Below are positions 39,110-50,700 of a DNA stretch of 64,000 nucleotides, one piece after another (positions within the stretch are counted from its first letter, which is position 1; every line of letters starts with the position of its first letter). A model generated the notes under the pieces. The model did no database searches, had not been told where the DNA came from, and worked only from the letters and a program-made list of their open reading frames with translations. Made by a program: the position numbers and the translations under genes. The stretch is taken from contig MNCI01000751.1 in the NCBI GenBank assembly GCA_015680685.1, positions 483,314 to 547,313 of the forward strand, written 5' to 3'. The DNA is from Gnetum montanum (Eukaryota; Plantae; Gnetophyta).

Positions 39110-40068
39110 TGATGAGATGCAGATTGCACAAGCTGTGATATCGCGTACGCGATATTGCGGCCGACGCGATATCGCATCTTTCCCTGCGATATTGCATACG
39201 CGATATCGCGGTCTGCCGCCATATCTATAAATAAGAGGCGACAATCCCCTCATTTATCATCCTAGGCATAAAGTAGTGAAGCTCTGGCAGATTGATCACC
39301 CTAGAGATAGAATATTTTCCATGTGCCCGCAGTAGGAGTCCCCCAAGTGAACGGTTCTTTATTCGAGTAGCTTTGTACCTGAACGCAAGTTGTGTACGAC
39401 AATAAAGACAAACTTTGTGGGTAAACCTTGCAGTGCATGGATAGGTTTAATTAATGTTATTTACTACTTTCCTAGTAACGCGGCATGAGTACAACTTGGT
39501 TACAAGTGTTGACGAACGTGTACGGCTAGCCAAGGAATCAGCTACTCATCGTGATTAGTCTCTCACCCTTAAACTCCTAGAACATGGGACAAGTACGACT
39601 TGATTATGAGCATCTACGGATGTGTATGGCTAGTCAAGGAATCGGTTGCTTGTCACATTTAGGTTAGTTAAGTGCCTCAGTACAACCACTTCGAGCATGT
39701 GCGTTATGTGTGGTGATCCCAGTAATGATTAGCGTTTGGTAGCCATAGTTGCATAGTTTAGGGTGTGTACGGCAAGTGGGAATGGATGTTGACGCTAGGA
39801 CTTAGTGTTGTAGTTAGAGTTAGTTAGTTTCTCAACCCTTCACCCTCATATCTTGGGAGATAAACCGAAAAATACCAAAAAAATCATATACCTCAGACTT
39901 GCTTAACCATACACCGTGACACATACAAGCAAGCCTGGGAAGACAACGAACGATTAACCCCAAGCATTCCTTGTGGCATTTAGGCATTTAGTTTGTAGAG
40001 TTCAACCGGATCGTGCATGCTACGCTCGTTTCGTATGGTTGAGTGTAGGGGTACCTCGCCACTCATCA
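39110..40068 (+). repeat. 5' LTR of E4
   Basis: TGATGAG...CTCATCA inverted termini; homologous to 44911-45977. Confidence 0.93.
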
Positions 40069-40069
40069 T

Positions 40070-40087
40070 TGGCACCGTTGCCAGGGA
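40070..40087 (+). promoter_or_regulatory. Primer binding site, tRNA-Asp type
   Basis: TGGCACCGTTGCCAGGGA versus the Athila consensus TGGCGCCGTTGCCGGGGA. Confidence 0.88.
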
Positions 40088-40853
40088 CTAAGTGTTTTTT
40101 ACGCCAATTAGAACATAAGGGATATCACTCACATCATTGTGAGCTTTAACGAACCTTAGGGTTAATTNNNNNNNNNNNNNNNNNNNNNNNNNNNNNNNNN
40201 NNNNNNNNNNNNNNNNNNNNNNNNNNNNNNNNNNNNNNNNNNNNNNNNNNNNNNNNNNNNNNNNNNNNNNNNNNNNNNNNNNNNNNNNNNNNNNNNNNNN
40301 NNNNNNNNNNNNNNNNNNNNNNNNNNNNNNNNNNNNNNNNNNNNNNNNNNNNNNNNNNNNNNNNNNNNNNNNNNNNNNNNNNNNNNNNNNNNNNNNNNNN
40401 NNNNNNNNNNNNNNNNNNNNNNNNNNNNNNNNNNNNNNNNNNNNNNNNNNNNNNNNNNNNNNNNNNNNNNNNNNNNNNNNNNNNNNNNNNNNNNNNNNNN
40501 NNNNNNNNNNNNNNNNNNNNNNNNNNNNNNNNNNNNNNNNNNNNNNNNNNNNNNNNNNNNNNNNNNNNNNNNNNNNNNNNNNNNNNNNNNNNNNNNNNNN
40601 NNNNNNNGGTGATGGATCCCCTTCCTCTTCTCCTTCATCTCACCATTCACACTCTCCTTCCATGTCTGGGCACAACCATTGTGAGCATAACAGAGAGGGT
40701 AAAAGTAAAAAGGAAGATGGAATACCTCGACAAGAAGGTTGAGAGGAGTTAGGACAAGGGCAAGGACATAGGGAAAGTAGGGAACCACTATGAAGACATC
40801 ACAGACGTCATGAAAGAGATGATCATGACGAACCCCTACTCATAACCCGAAGC

Positions 40854-41930
40854 ATGCTTGATATCACAGAGGCAGTTAGGATCCCCACAAGGCATCTAAA
40901 AGACAGCAGGATCAAGCGTTTGGACATAAATAATATCCCACGTTTTGAAGGGGGATACAACACTGATCCTCAACATCATTTACAGGCATTCCATGATTCC
41001 TGTACCTTGCAAAATTTAGATAATGAGTGGCAGAAGCTCAAGTTGTTCCCAAGGACACTCATCAAAGAAGCAGAGAGCTGGTACCAGTCCTTAGAACCAG
41101 AAACCATCAGGAGGTGGAGTACGATGCTTGAATTGTTCAACCACAAATATCAAATGTACTCCAGAGTGTCCAACTTGTGTAAGCAGATCCAAGGCTGGAA
41201 ACAAGGTGCTTATGAACCCTTGGATGCTACCATGGCCCGTTACTATACACTGCTACATTGTTGCCCAAGCCATGGGTATGCTAAGCGGGATCAACTTCGC
41301 CACATCGTGGATGGGCTAAGGAATGAAATGAGAAGAACTCTTGGGACTTACACCCAAGGGAGACTTTCCCAACTGAGAGCCCATGAAGTTGAAAGCTTGT
41401 TGGAACAAGTAGCGCAAGAAGAGGATGAGCTACGGAAGAGAGAAAGTGTAGAAGAATACAACCACGATCCCTCCCTTCGCAAGAAGGGAGTGAAATTCTA
41501 TGATGAGGAGGATGAGTCACCACTCAAAGAGTTGGTGAACCGGAAAACCATGCCGATCCAAAAGTTAACAACCGAGGTATCGGCTAAGGTAGACAAAATG
41601 TGGGATTCCTTAGACTCACGAATAGAAACAGTCTTAAAAATCATAGAAGAGTCTAAGGTAGAGCAAGGTAGTGACAAAGGCAAAACTAAGCGGAGAAACT
41701 TAAGCCCTGTACATAACAAGGGTAAGGGAAAAATTCCTATCTCTTATGAAGATGTAAATTCTAATTCAGACAATTATAGTGGATGTGAGGTCTACTACTA
41801 TGACCATCCTAAGGGATGTTGCCCAATTATCTCGCATCTGCAGGAGTCTGCGGTGTATGCATTAAATCTAAGACTTAATCAACGGCAAACACCCCGAAGG
41901 TTACCTTACCCACAAGGTAACCCTAGGTAG
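40854..41930 (+). CDS. gag: Athila-like Gag (open 358-aa stretch)
   Basis: FEGGYNTDPQHHLQAFHDSC, LKLFPRTLIKEAESWYQSL, LLHCCPSHGY. Confidence 0.88.
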   Translation: MLDITEAVRIPTRHLKDSRIKRLDINNIPRFEGGYNTDPQHHLQAFHDSCTLQNLDNEWQKLKLFPRTLIKEAESWYQSLEPETIRRWSTMLELFNHKYQMYSRVSNLCKQIQGWKQGAYEPLDATMARYYTLLHCCPSHGYAKRDQLRHIVDGLRNEMRRTLGTYTQGRLSQLRAHEVESLLEQVAQEEDELRKRESVEEYNHDPSLRKKGVKFYDEEDESPLKELVNRKTMPIQKLTTEVSAKVDKMWDSLDSRIETVLKIIEESKVEQGSDKGKTKRRNLSPVHNKGKGKIPISYEDVNSNSDNYSGCEVYYYDHPKGCCPIISHLQESAVYALNLRLNQRQTPRRLPYPQGNPR

Positions 41931-42529
41931 TTCCACCAACCCTTAACATATTATCCAAGTGGAACACCTCCACAACCCATTGGACAACACCAGCAGTGGC
42001 AATACCCATAGTCATGGGGGATGCCACCGCCAACACATCAATACCCTTACCTGCAGCCTGATCGTTACGGTTATTATGTGCAGCAGCCAATTTCTCCAGG
42101 TGACTCTATGGGTCACACTACCCCCCAACATCACTACCAAGCGTGGGAGTACTTCCGAAGGACTCCTCTCCTCCAGGAGACATCTCACATTCAGTCCATC
42201 CTCTAACTCCACCCGCACCTCTTCCACCTGTAGTTCCCATACAACCTGTTCCAAAAATGTAGGGGGAATTGCCTACCCAATCGCAGCAACGTAACGCCGC
42301 AAGAGCTATAAATATTCAGCATGTAAATATCCAATTGGGTGCTAGTTTTGGCAAAAACTGTACAAAGAAGAGACATTTTTTCAGAACTAGGAGCCTAGAC
42401 AAACTCTCACAACAACAGGCAGATGGGTACATGTATAGAACTCTAACCACTAATGCTTCGGAGAACCCTTCAGTCCAAAAGGGCGTAATGCATACGGTTA
42501 TGTTAACACATACCGTAATTGACTGGATG

Positions 42530-42791
42530 AAGGTAGGCCACCTTCCCAGGAAACTAACTGACCTTGGGAGTCCCTTTATTTATTTGCAGATCACTGGAAA
42601 TGCACCACATCGAGCTCTTCTTGACTCAGGTTCCAGAGTCAACTTACTTTCGCAAAGGATGTATCACGCCTGGAACCTACCACAACTTAAGAAGAGCAAT
42701 ATCCAACTAGAGCTGGAAGACCTGTCCATCACCATTCCCTTAGGATTGGTGGAGGATGTTATTACCACTGTGTGTGGTTGGTCCTACCCAG
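42530..42791 (+). pseudogene. Aspartic protease of E4 (runs into a gap)
   Basis: LPRKLTDLGSPFI...ALLDSGSRVNLL...PLGLVEDV, an Athila-type context. Confidence 0.85.
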
Positions 42792-44910
42792 NNNNNNNNN
42801 NNNNNNNNNNNNNNNNNNNNNNNNNNNNNNNNNNNNNNNNNNNNNNNNNNNNNNNNNNNNNNNNNNNNNNNNNNNNNNNNNNNNNNNNNNNNNNNNNNNN
42901 NNNNNNNNNNNNNNNNNNNNNNNNNNNNNNNNNNNNNNNNNNNNNNNNNNNNNNNNNNNNNNNNNNNNNNNNNNNNNNNNNNNNNNNNNNNNNNNNNNNN
43001 NNNNNNNNNNNNNNNNNNNNNNNNNNNNNNNNNNNNNNNNNNNNNNNNNNNNNNNNNNNNNNNNNNNNNNNNNNNNNNNNNNNNNNNNNNNNNNNNNNNN
43101 NNNNNNNNNNNNNNNNNNNNNNNNNNNNNNNNNNNNNNNNNNNNNNNNNNNNNNNNNNNNNNNNNNNNNNNNNNNNNNNNNNNNNNNNNNNNNNNNNNNN
43201 NNNNNNNNNNNNNNNNNNNNNNNNNNNNNNNNNNNNNNNNNNNNNNNNNNNNNNNNNNNNNNNNNNNNNNNNNNNNNNNNNNNNNNNNNNNNNNNNNNNN
43301 NNNNNNNNNNNNNNNNNNNNNNNNNNNNNNNNNNNNNNNNNNNNNNNNNNNNNNNNNNNNNNNNNNNNNNNNNNNNNNNNNNNNNNNNNNNNNNNNNNNN
43401 NNNNNNNNNNNNNNNNNNNNNNNNNNNNNNNNNNNNNNNNNNNNNNNNNNNNNNNNNNNNNNNNNNNNNNNNNNNNNNNNNNNNNNNNNNNNNNNNNNNN
43501 NNNNNNNNNNNNNNNNNNNNNNNNNNNNNNNNNNNNNNNNNNNNNNNNNNNNNNNNNNNNNNNNNNNNNNNNNNNNNNNNNNNNNNNNNNNNNNNNNNNN
43601 NNNNNNNNNNNNNNNNNNNNNNNNNNNNNNNNNNNNNNNNNNNNNNNNNNNNNNNNNNNNNNNNNNNNNNNNNNNNNNNNNNNNNNNNNNNNNNNNNNNN
43701 NNNNNNNNNNNNNNNNNNNNNNNNNNNNNNNNNNNNNNNNNNNNNNNNNNNNTCCCGATGTTACCCATTATTCAGAAGCTGAGACAATAAAAATAGGAAG
43801 TCTTTGCATGGTGTGTTCCCCACGCATAAAAACACAAAACACAAAAAAAAAACCAAAAAAACCAAAGTGAGGATTCAAAGCACACCCCTTAGGTGAAATA
43901 ACTTTGGGGCGACAAGCACTGGTTATGGAACCTAGGTGTTCCCTCTAACTAAGGCCCTTCTCGCTTCCCATTCTCTCCTTTGTTTCATCGGAATGGTGGT
44001 GACTCTTTGAAGATGCATCCTTGTTATCCACGTGGATGGTTTAACCGAATGCATTGATGTGAAAATCACTGGAAGTGGTTGGTTTGAGCCAGAGTTGGAA
44101 TGAGATTTGCCAAGTCACATTAATCATAAAACACATAAGGGGCTGTAAACCACCTTGTCCTTGGGATTCCATTCCGCTCCTCTTCTTTCCATCTTTCTCT
44201 CCATTGTTCACCTCATTGCCAGTTGTATCATTAGTGTATATATTTTGGTTGATGCATTTTTTTCTTTTTGATAAATTCTAGCGGTTAAGACTTTAAATCT
44301 TGTTCCAAAGGACATTCCCAAAGCCTACGGACCCTTTGAATGTGGGATTGTCAGGGCATTAAGGGCATGAGCCTACTTTGGGGAGGACCCACTGACATTC
44401 CTATTTGGAACATTAGTTAACTTCTTTTCCTTAACATTTTGCAATTAATTATTATTTTGTTCATTACCATTTTGACATCCCTTTCATCGATGCCATAGTT
44501 GCCCTTTTTACCTATCTTTCTTAATCCTTTTCTTTCTCCATTCTAACGCTACCGGAGGTTCGTGATTAGTCATGGGGGTACGGGGCCTAATTTTTTGATT
44601 TTTCTCCTAAGCCCCNNNNNNNNNNNNNNNNNNNNNNNNNNNNNNNNNNNNNNNNNNNNNNNNNAGCAAGACTCTTCTCTCTTCTTCTCTTCTCTTCTCT
44701 CTCCTCTTTTCTCTCAGCTGCCAAATGTGGCCTGATGTCATTGTAATAAGGTGTTCACCCTTGTTGTCATGAACACCAGTCTTGTCAAGTCTTGTAATAA
44801 TGAACCGTTCACATGTCATTCCATTAGTTCCATTCCCCTCAATAATCCCATACCTACCTGATATCATTGTAAGAAACTCGAGGATGAGTTTTCATTCAGT
44901 CATGGAGGTA

Positions 44911-45977
44911 TGATGAGACACAGATTGCACAAGCCGCGATATCGCGTACGCGATATCACATCCGACGTGATATCGCATCCCCTGTGATATCGCGTACGCA
45001 ATATCGCAGTCTGCCATCATATCTATAAATAAGAGGCGGCACTCCCCTCATTTCTCATCCTGGCTAGAAGTAGTGAAGCTCTAGTAGTTTGAACACTCCA
45101 GAGTTAGATTAATTTCCCTTGTGCCTGCAGTAGGAGTCCTAGAGTGAACGGCTCTTTATTCGAGCAACTTTGTAACCTAAACACAAGTTGTGTACGACAA
45201 TAAAGACGAACTTGATTTGATAAACCTTGTAGTACATGGTTTTGTTTATTGTTATTTATTACTTCTTGTTAGTGCGTACGGGTACGACTTGATTACGAGC
45301 ATCTACGGATGTGTACGGCTAGTCAAGGAATTGGCTACTCGTCGCAACGCGGGAGTACAACTTGATTATGAGCATTGTGACTACTTGGTAACATAGTAGT
45401 GTATTCCAGGATCTGCACTTGGTAATCCCAGTGATAGTCCAATGTGTACAGCTAGTCAAGGAATCAGCTACTCATCGCATTAGGCTAGAACATGGGATAA
45501 GTATGACTTGGCTACGAGCACCCACGGGTGTGTACGGCTAGCCAAGGAATCGGCTGCTTATCATACTTAGGCTAACTAGGTGCCTCAGTACGACCACTTC
45601 GAGCACATGCGTTACGTGTGGTAATCGCATTAACGATTAGTGTTTGATAGCCACAGTTGCACAGTTCAAGGTATGTATGACAAGTGGGAACAGATGTTGA
45701 TGCTAGGACTTAGTACTGTAGTTAGAGTTAGTTTTAGTTTCTCAACTCTTCACCGTTTAGCATAGGAGATAAATCATAAAATACCAAAAAAATCATATAC
45801 CTTGGACTTACTTAACCATACACTGTGACAACAAAAATTAAGTTTGGGAAGACAAAGAACGATTAACCCCAAGTGTTCCATGGGGCGTTTAGGCATTTAG
45901 TTTGCGAAGTTCGACCGGATCGTGCGTGCTATGCTCATTTTGTATGGTTGAGTGTAGGGGTACCTCGCCACTCATTA
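44911..45977 (+). repeat. 3' LTR of E4
   Basis: TGATGAG...CTCATTA; has one more internal repeat than the 5' LTR. Confidence 0.92.
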
Positions 45978-47039
45978 GGGATGAAATTCTTTTTTAACAT
46001 CAAAAGTGAAGGGATGGTGAATACAAGCTTGTGTAGAATAGGCCTTACTCACTCCCTAATCTTGCAAAGATTAGGAAGTATTTGCCCAAGTAAAGTTCAC
46101 TTTAACCTTTCCATTCCTCTACAACATATAGCCTTACTTTTCTTTTGTAGTTTATTATATCTTTGTTATTTTATGCACATAGCCTATGCATGTAGCCTAA
46201 GTTTGTTTGCAATTTTTTCTATTTACTAAAGCCTTTCTTATGATTGAAAATAGCATTATAAATATACATCTCTTTAATACCTTGTCCACTTAGATGTTAA
46301 ATTGGCATTATGATCTGCTAGGACATTAAAGTGGCATTATTCTCAACTAAGATGTTAAACTGCCATTATGGCCTACCATGGCCTTAAACTAGAAACATAG
46401 CCATAATTGTGTAAACCTGTGCTCATGATGGCCTAAAACTAGTAGACATCTTACTTATTATGACACTTCTTCTTGTTGATTAGCCATTAAATGTTATAAC
46501 CAAAAACATAAACATAGCTATTTTCAATGTTTATAACATTTACAATGTTTACTACTACTATAAATGCATATAGCCAAAATACAACCAAAATTTAAAATTA
46601 AAGCTAAAATGTCTATAACATACATAGCTATGGCCACACTATGTGATAAAAATGTCAAAGAATAACAACCATCTATAGCATAGTCTTGGCTAATCATAGC
46701 CATCAACATGAAAAGGAAAATAAAGAGCCCACAAGCTAAACTAAAGAAGGCTACTAAGTGGCATCCAAAGAAGGAAGTGGTGGGTCATTTCCACTCTCAC
46801 CGTTGGGGCCACCAATGTCTCCTAAGGCCTGAAATGCAACAACGTATAGCTAGTTAGTAACCTATAGCCAAAATCATGACATAAAAGAAAAACTAAAACA
46901 TAAAATGCATCAAACTTATGGGGTATTGATCTTAGGATGACCAATGTAGCACAAGATACCAACCAACTCCACTATGATAAGCATAGGCCTCAAAAATACT
47001 TTGTGTGAAGTAAAGCACAAAACCATTATAACTAATTAA

Positions 47040-47440
47040 AATTTCTTAACAAACTTAGACAAAACATCCTAGTCAGAGGTGACATTAGCTTATGTAAAAA
47101 GCTCTAAGGTGTTTATCTAAATTAACTTAAGAAATTCCACAAAAAGGGGGAATTATTATAACCTTTCAAAGCAAAAATAGTATGACCTATTAGAGTTAGC
47201 AAATTTAGATAAAACATCTAGTCGAAGGTGAAATTAGCCTATATAAAAAGCTTTAAGATGTTTATCTAAATCAATCTAAGTAATTCCACAAGAAAACATT
47301 ATTACAAGCTTGCATAACCTTACATCATGAACAATGGAAATTTCTTAACAAATTTAGAAAAAACTTCATAAGTTAGAGGTGAAATTAGTCCCCTTTAAAA
47401 GCTCCTAGATGTTTATCTAAATTAGCTTGAGAAATTTCAT
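47040..47440. repeat. Three ~150-bp-period units, each a ~95-nt hairpin with core TAGTCAGAGGTGAAATTAGC
   Basis: Arms AATTTCTTAA..TTAGAYAAAACATC / GRTGTTTATCTAA..TTAAGAAATT. A fourth copy is inverted at ~60411-60505. Confidence 0.85.
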
Positions 47441-47509
47441 AGAAGCATTGTTACCATATGTTATAGCATTTATAGCAAAAACATTATAGCTAAAACTAAG
47501 TCTTAGGCT

Positions 47510-47725
47510 AAGGTATGCATAAATTTAGAAACTAGCATCTACATTATGTATAAATATAGTAAAAGTAAGCATAAGTTGAGAAAAAACATCTAAATTATGC
47601 AAAGCATGCATGAATTTGGAAAAAAACATCTAAACTATGCATAAATCTTAGGAAAAAATATCTGAATTATGCAAAGCATGCATAAATTTTGAAAAATCAT
47701 CTAAGCTATGCACAAATTTAAACAA
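47510..47725. repeat. AT-rich minisatellite (AAAAACATCTAAATTATGCA...)
   Basis: Five to six degenerate 30-40 bp units. Confidence 0.7.
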
Positions 47726-50700
47726 TAATCCAAAAATGGCACAAACATCCTTATTACACACACTAAGTAAAAAATTCATAGAAAATTTGTTTAAGCCCAG
47801 TCAAAGTGATTCCACATTTTTTGGAAAGCTAAAGCCAATGCCTACATAGCCATGACCAGAAAAAACAGAAATTTTTTTTTGTTTCCTTAGAAAAAATTCA
47901 CAAATTACATTAGAACACAAAAAGAAACACAAATAACCTAATTGTGCAATGTTAGACAAACAATCACAACTTTCATTTCAAGGTTAAATTAAACAAAAAA
48001 AAAACCATTTGAAAGCTTTAAAAAAGGAGTATAAACCCAAAACCTAAAATTTTACAAATTTTTAGTTTTTCTACCAAGAAAATAATACACAACATTGCTT
48101 GGTTTTTTGTGTTAAAACTTCAAAAACCTCCAAACCTAGAATTCATATAGCCATGGAAATAGTTGAAATAGCCAAGAACATTGAAACCCATTAAAATTCA
48201 CATCAAAATAATGGGGAAATATTTTTTAAAAACTTAATTTTAGCATATCCTAAGGTCTAGATCTGAAAAAAATGGCCACACCCCAAAATTTTGGGAAAAA
48301 GGCATGAAACAGCAAACCCTATTTTCAAAATCAAATATATGAATGCTAAAGAAATGAAAAAACTATATATCTACATGGAAGTAGCCAAAATAGGAGGTGT
48401 AATTTCATCAAAATTTTATTTTAATCCCTCCACCAAAGTAGATCTAAAATAACAACCTCAACACATAGGAAGCAAATAGATAGGAAAACTACAAGAAACA
48501 ATGGCAAAAATAAGTAGAACTTCTTACATTGGAGAAATAATAGAAAATGTTTGGATAGATATGGGCATAGGTACTTCTTCTAGATCCTTATCCTATTCAT
48601 CCACCTTTTTCATTATATGGTTTTGGCTTTTTCCTCCTCATTGCTTTGGTGCCATGGCAGGCTCAATGCTGAGAATGGTTGAAAATTTAGAAGGATGAGA
48701 GATCAATGCTAGATGTGAGGAAGATGGGAGGCTTCCACTATGATAATGGATTTCTTATTCCATAATAACCTCTATTATAGCTCTCCTTAAATGTGCTATT
48801 TCTATAGAATGATTTTTGTGATCAAAACATGTAAAATTTAGCATATAAAACTCATCTAAAACCTAAATGCACACCTTGAAAACCCAGCTACCAATTCAAT
48901 GCACCATAATTACAAGTGCACTAAAGTGTAGAGAGGGAAAAATATAGTTCATGTTGGTTTTGGATGGGAGACAAATTCACTTTTTAAAATTTTAGCTGTT
49001 TGGATTATGGGCCCTGCCCTACACCTTCACTCTTAACCAAAACTTGGATCAACTATGAGATTTTTACCAATATTGACACTTAAAAAATTATGGCAACCTT
49101 AAGCCCATGCATAAATGTTGGGAATATCATGCCCAACATGGAAAAATGCCTATTATTTTATAAATTCATTATAATTACAAATATTTTTCTATTTTTGGTA
49201 ATCCAAACCTACCTTTCTCAACCCCAAGTTTTCAAAAGTGGGTAAGACATAAGTAAGGCTAAAAACCATGGATTTCCACACTAGTGTAGCAGTGCCCAGC
49301 ATGGAAGAAGGGGGGTAACACTTACTCTTCCCTCCCAACACTTATCTAGCATATTTTTGATGCCAAAGTGGGCCTCATGTGACCTAGAACCCCTCTAAGC
49401 ATCTCTAGTAGCGTTGGAATCCCACCAAACCTAGTCAAAACTAGGTCGAGATCTAGGATTTTGTGTCTTCAATGCTAGGGAAGGCTTCTTCCATATTGAG
49501 CCTCTCACCCTTAGCATGGATAGATTGGGGGAAGCTAAAAATGACCTAAATTAATTATCTAATGACCATTTCTTGATGCTTGGTGACCCCTAGACCCTAC
49601 TGGAACCCTCTAAAGCTTCTAAAAGCCTCAAAAGTGGTCAAATATGGCACAAAACTATCATCCCCATCTCATCCACACTAGGGCCATCATGACTAGCNTA
49701 CCCAACATTAACAGTTGACACTAGCAACACTGGAGTTTGACATACATGTCTATCGGCTGATGATTTGGCATAGATTTGACTTTCTTGATTAGGGGATACA
49801 TCTTCTATGATGAGCCTTCCATCCTCAATGTTAAAGAAAGGGGAAAAGCTTAAACCCCCCTCACAACATCCAAAATGACCAGATCTTAACCTTAAGCACT
49901 AGCGGCTAATGACAATAACTTTGTGGACACTCATGTATAGTTAGATTAATCATAAAAGTGTCAAAAATATTTCCCCCTAATTCTCCACATTGATAATGAA
50001 AGCTCCAATGTGGATAAAAGGGAAGAAGCCAAAAAATTACTTGATGACCCTCAAAACAACCAAATTTTAACATCAAGTATCAACAATTGATGCCAACAAC
50101 CTTAGAAGCCTACATGCATGATTGAAAGAAATCAAAAATGGAGAAAAATATTTTTCACCTCAATTTCCCATGCTAAGCACAAAAGTCTCTATGTTAAAAA
50201 ATGGGGAAAGCTCAAAAAATGCCTAGTGACCCTTGAAATAGCTAAATTTTGATAACAAATATTAGCAGCTAATACTAGAAATGTTGGAAGCTTACATGCA
50301 TGACCAAAAGTGATAAAAAAGGGACAAAATTCTTTTCCCCCCAATTTTCCACACTGAGCATGGAAGCCCTTATGTGGAAGAATGGGGTGAAAGTCCAAAA
50401 ATCACTCATCAACCTTCAAAATAGCAAAATTTTAACCCTAAGCATTGATGATCATCACTAGCAACCTCAAGGACCTACATGCATGACTAAAAATGATGCA
50501 AAAATATAAAAATCTATTTCCCCCAATTTTTCCACATTGGTCATGCTATTTCCAACATGGAAAAAGAGGGGGAAGCTCAAAAACAACTTGGAAAATGTAT
50601 ACACTAACTAATTTTGACTCCAAACACTTCAACCTTGGTAGTCCCTAAGGCAGACATGCATGGTTAATTGAAGTTAAAACTAGGCTAGATCTAAGTTTTA

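Larger units (their letters stand above)
39110..45977 (+). mobile_element. Athila-like Ty3/Gypsy element E4 (LTR-gag-PR-[gap]-LTR)
   Basis: Two homologous LTRs, a tRNA-Asp PBS, gag and protease. Contains three N gaps and has no matching TSD. Confidence 0.85.
46700..48655 (-). pseudogene. Internally deleted antisense accessory gene of E5
   Basis: Exon 1 at 48655-48528 (MAPKQ..., GTAAG donor, phase 2 as in E1). HAD-like exon start VFLRPMLIIVELVGILCYIG at ~47000-46920, then truncated. Confidence 0.75.

Noticed and set aside
42740-43870. Long X-containing ORFs (also 40162-40788 and 58548-59525)
   Set aside because: Artefacts of translating through N gaps.
44672-44715. TC-rich microsatellite
   Set aside because: Ordinary simple repeat next to an assembly gap.
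47070-47086. rRNA gene fragment, C/D snoRNA or hammerhead ribozyme
   Set aside because: The rRNA similarity is only ~17 nt, and I saw no box C or CUGANGA/GAAA core. Kept only as a motif observation.
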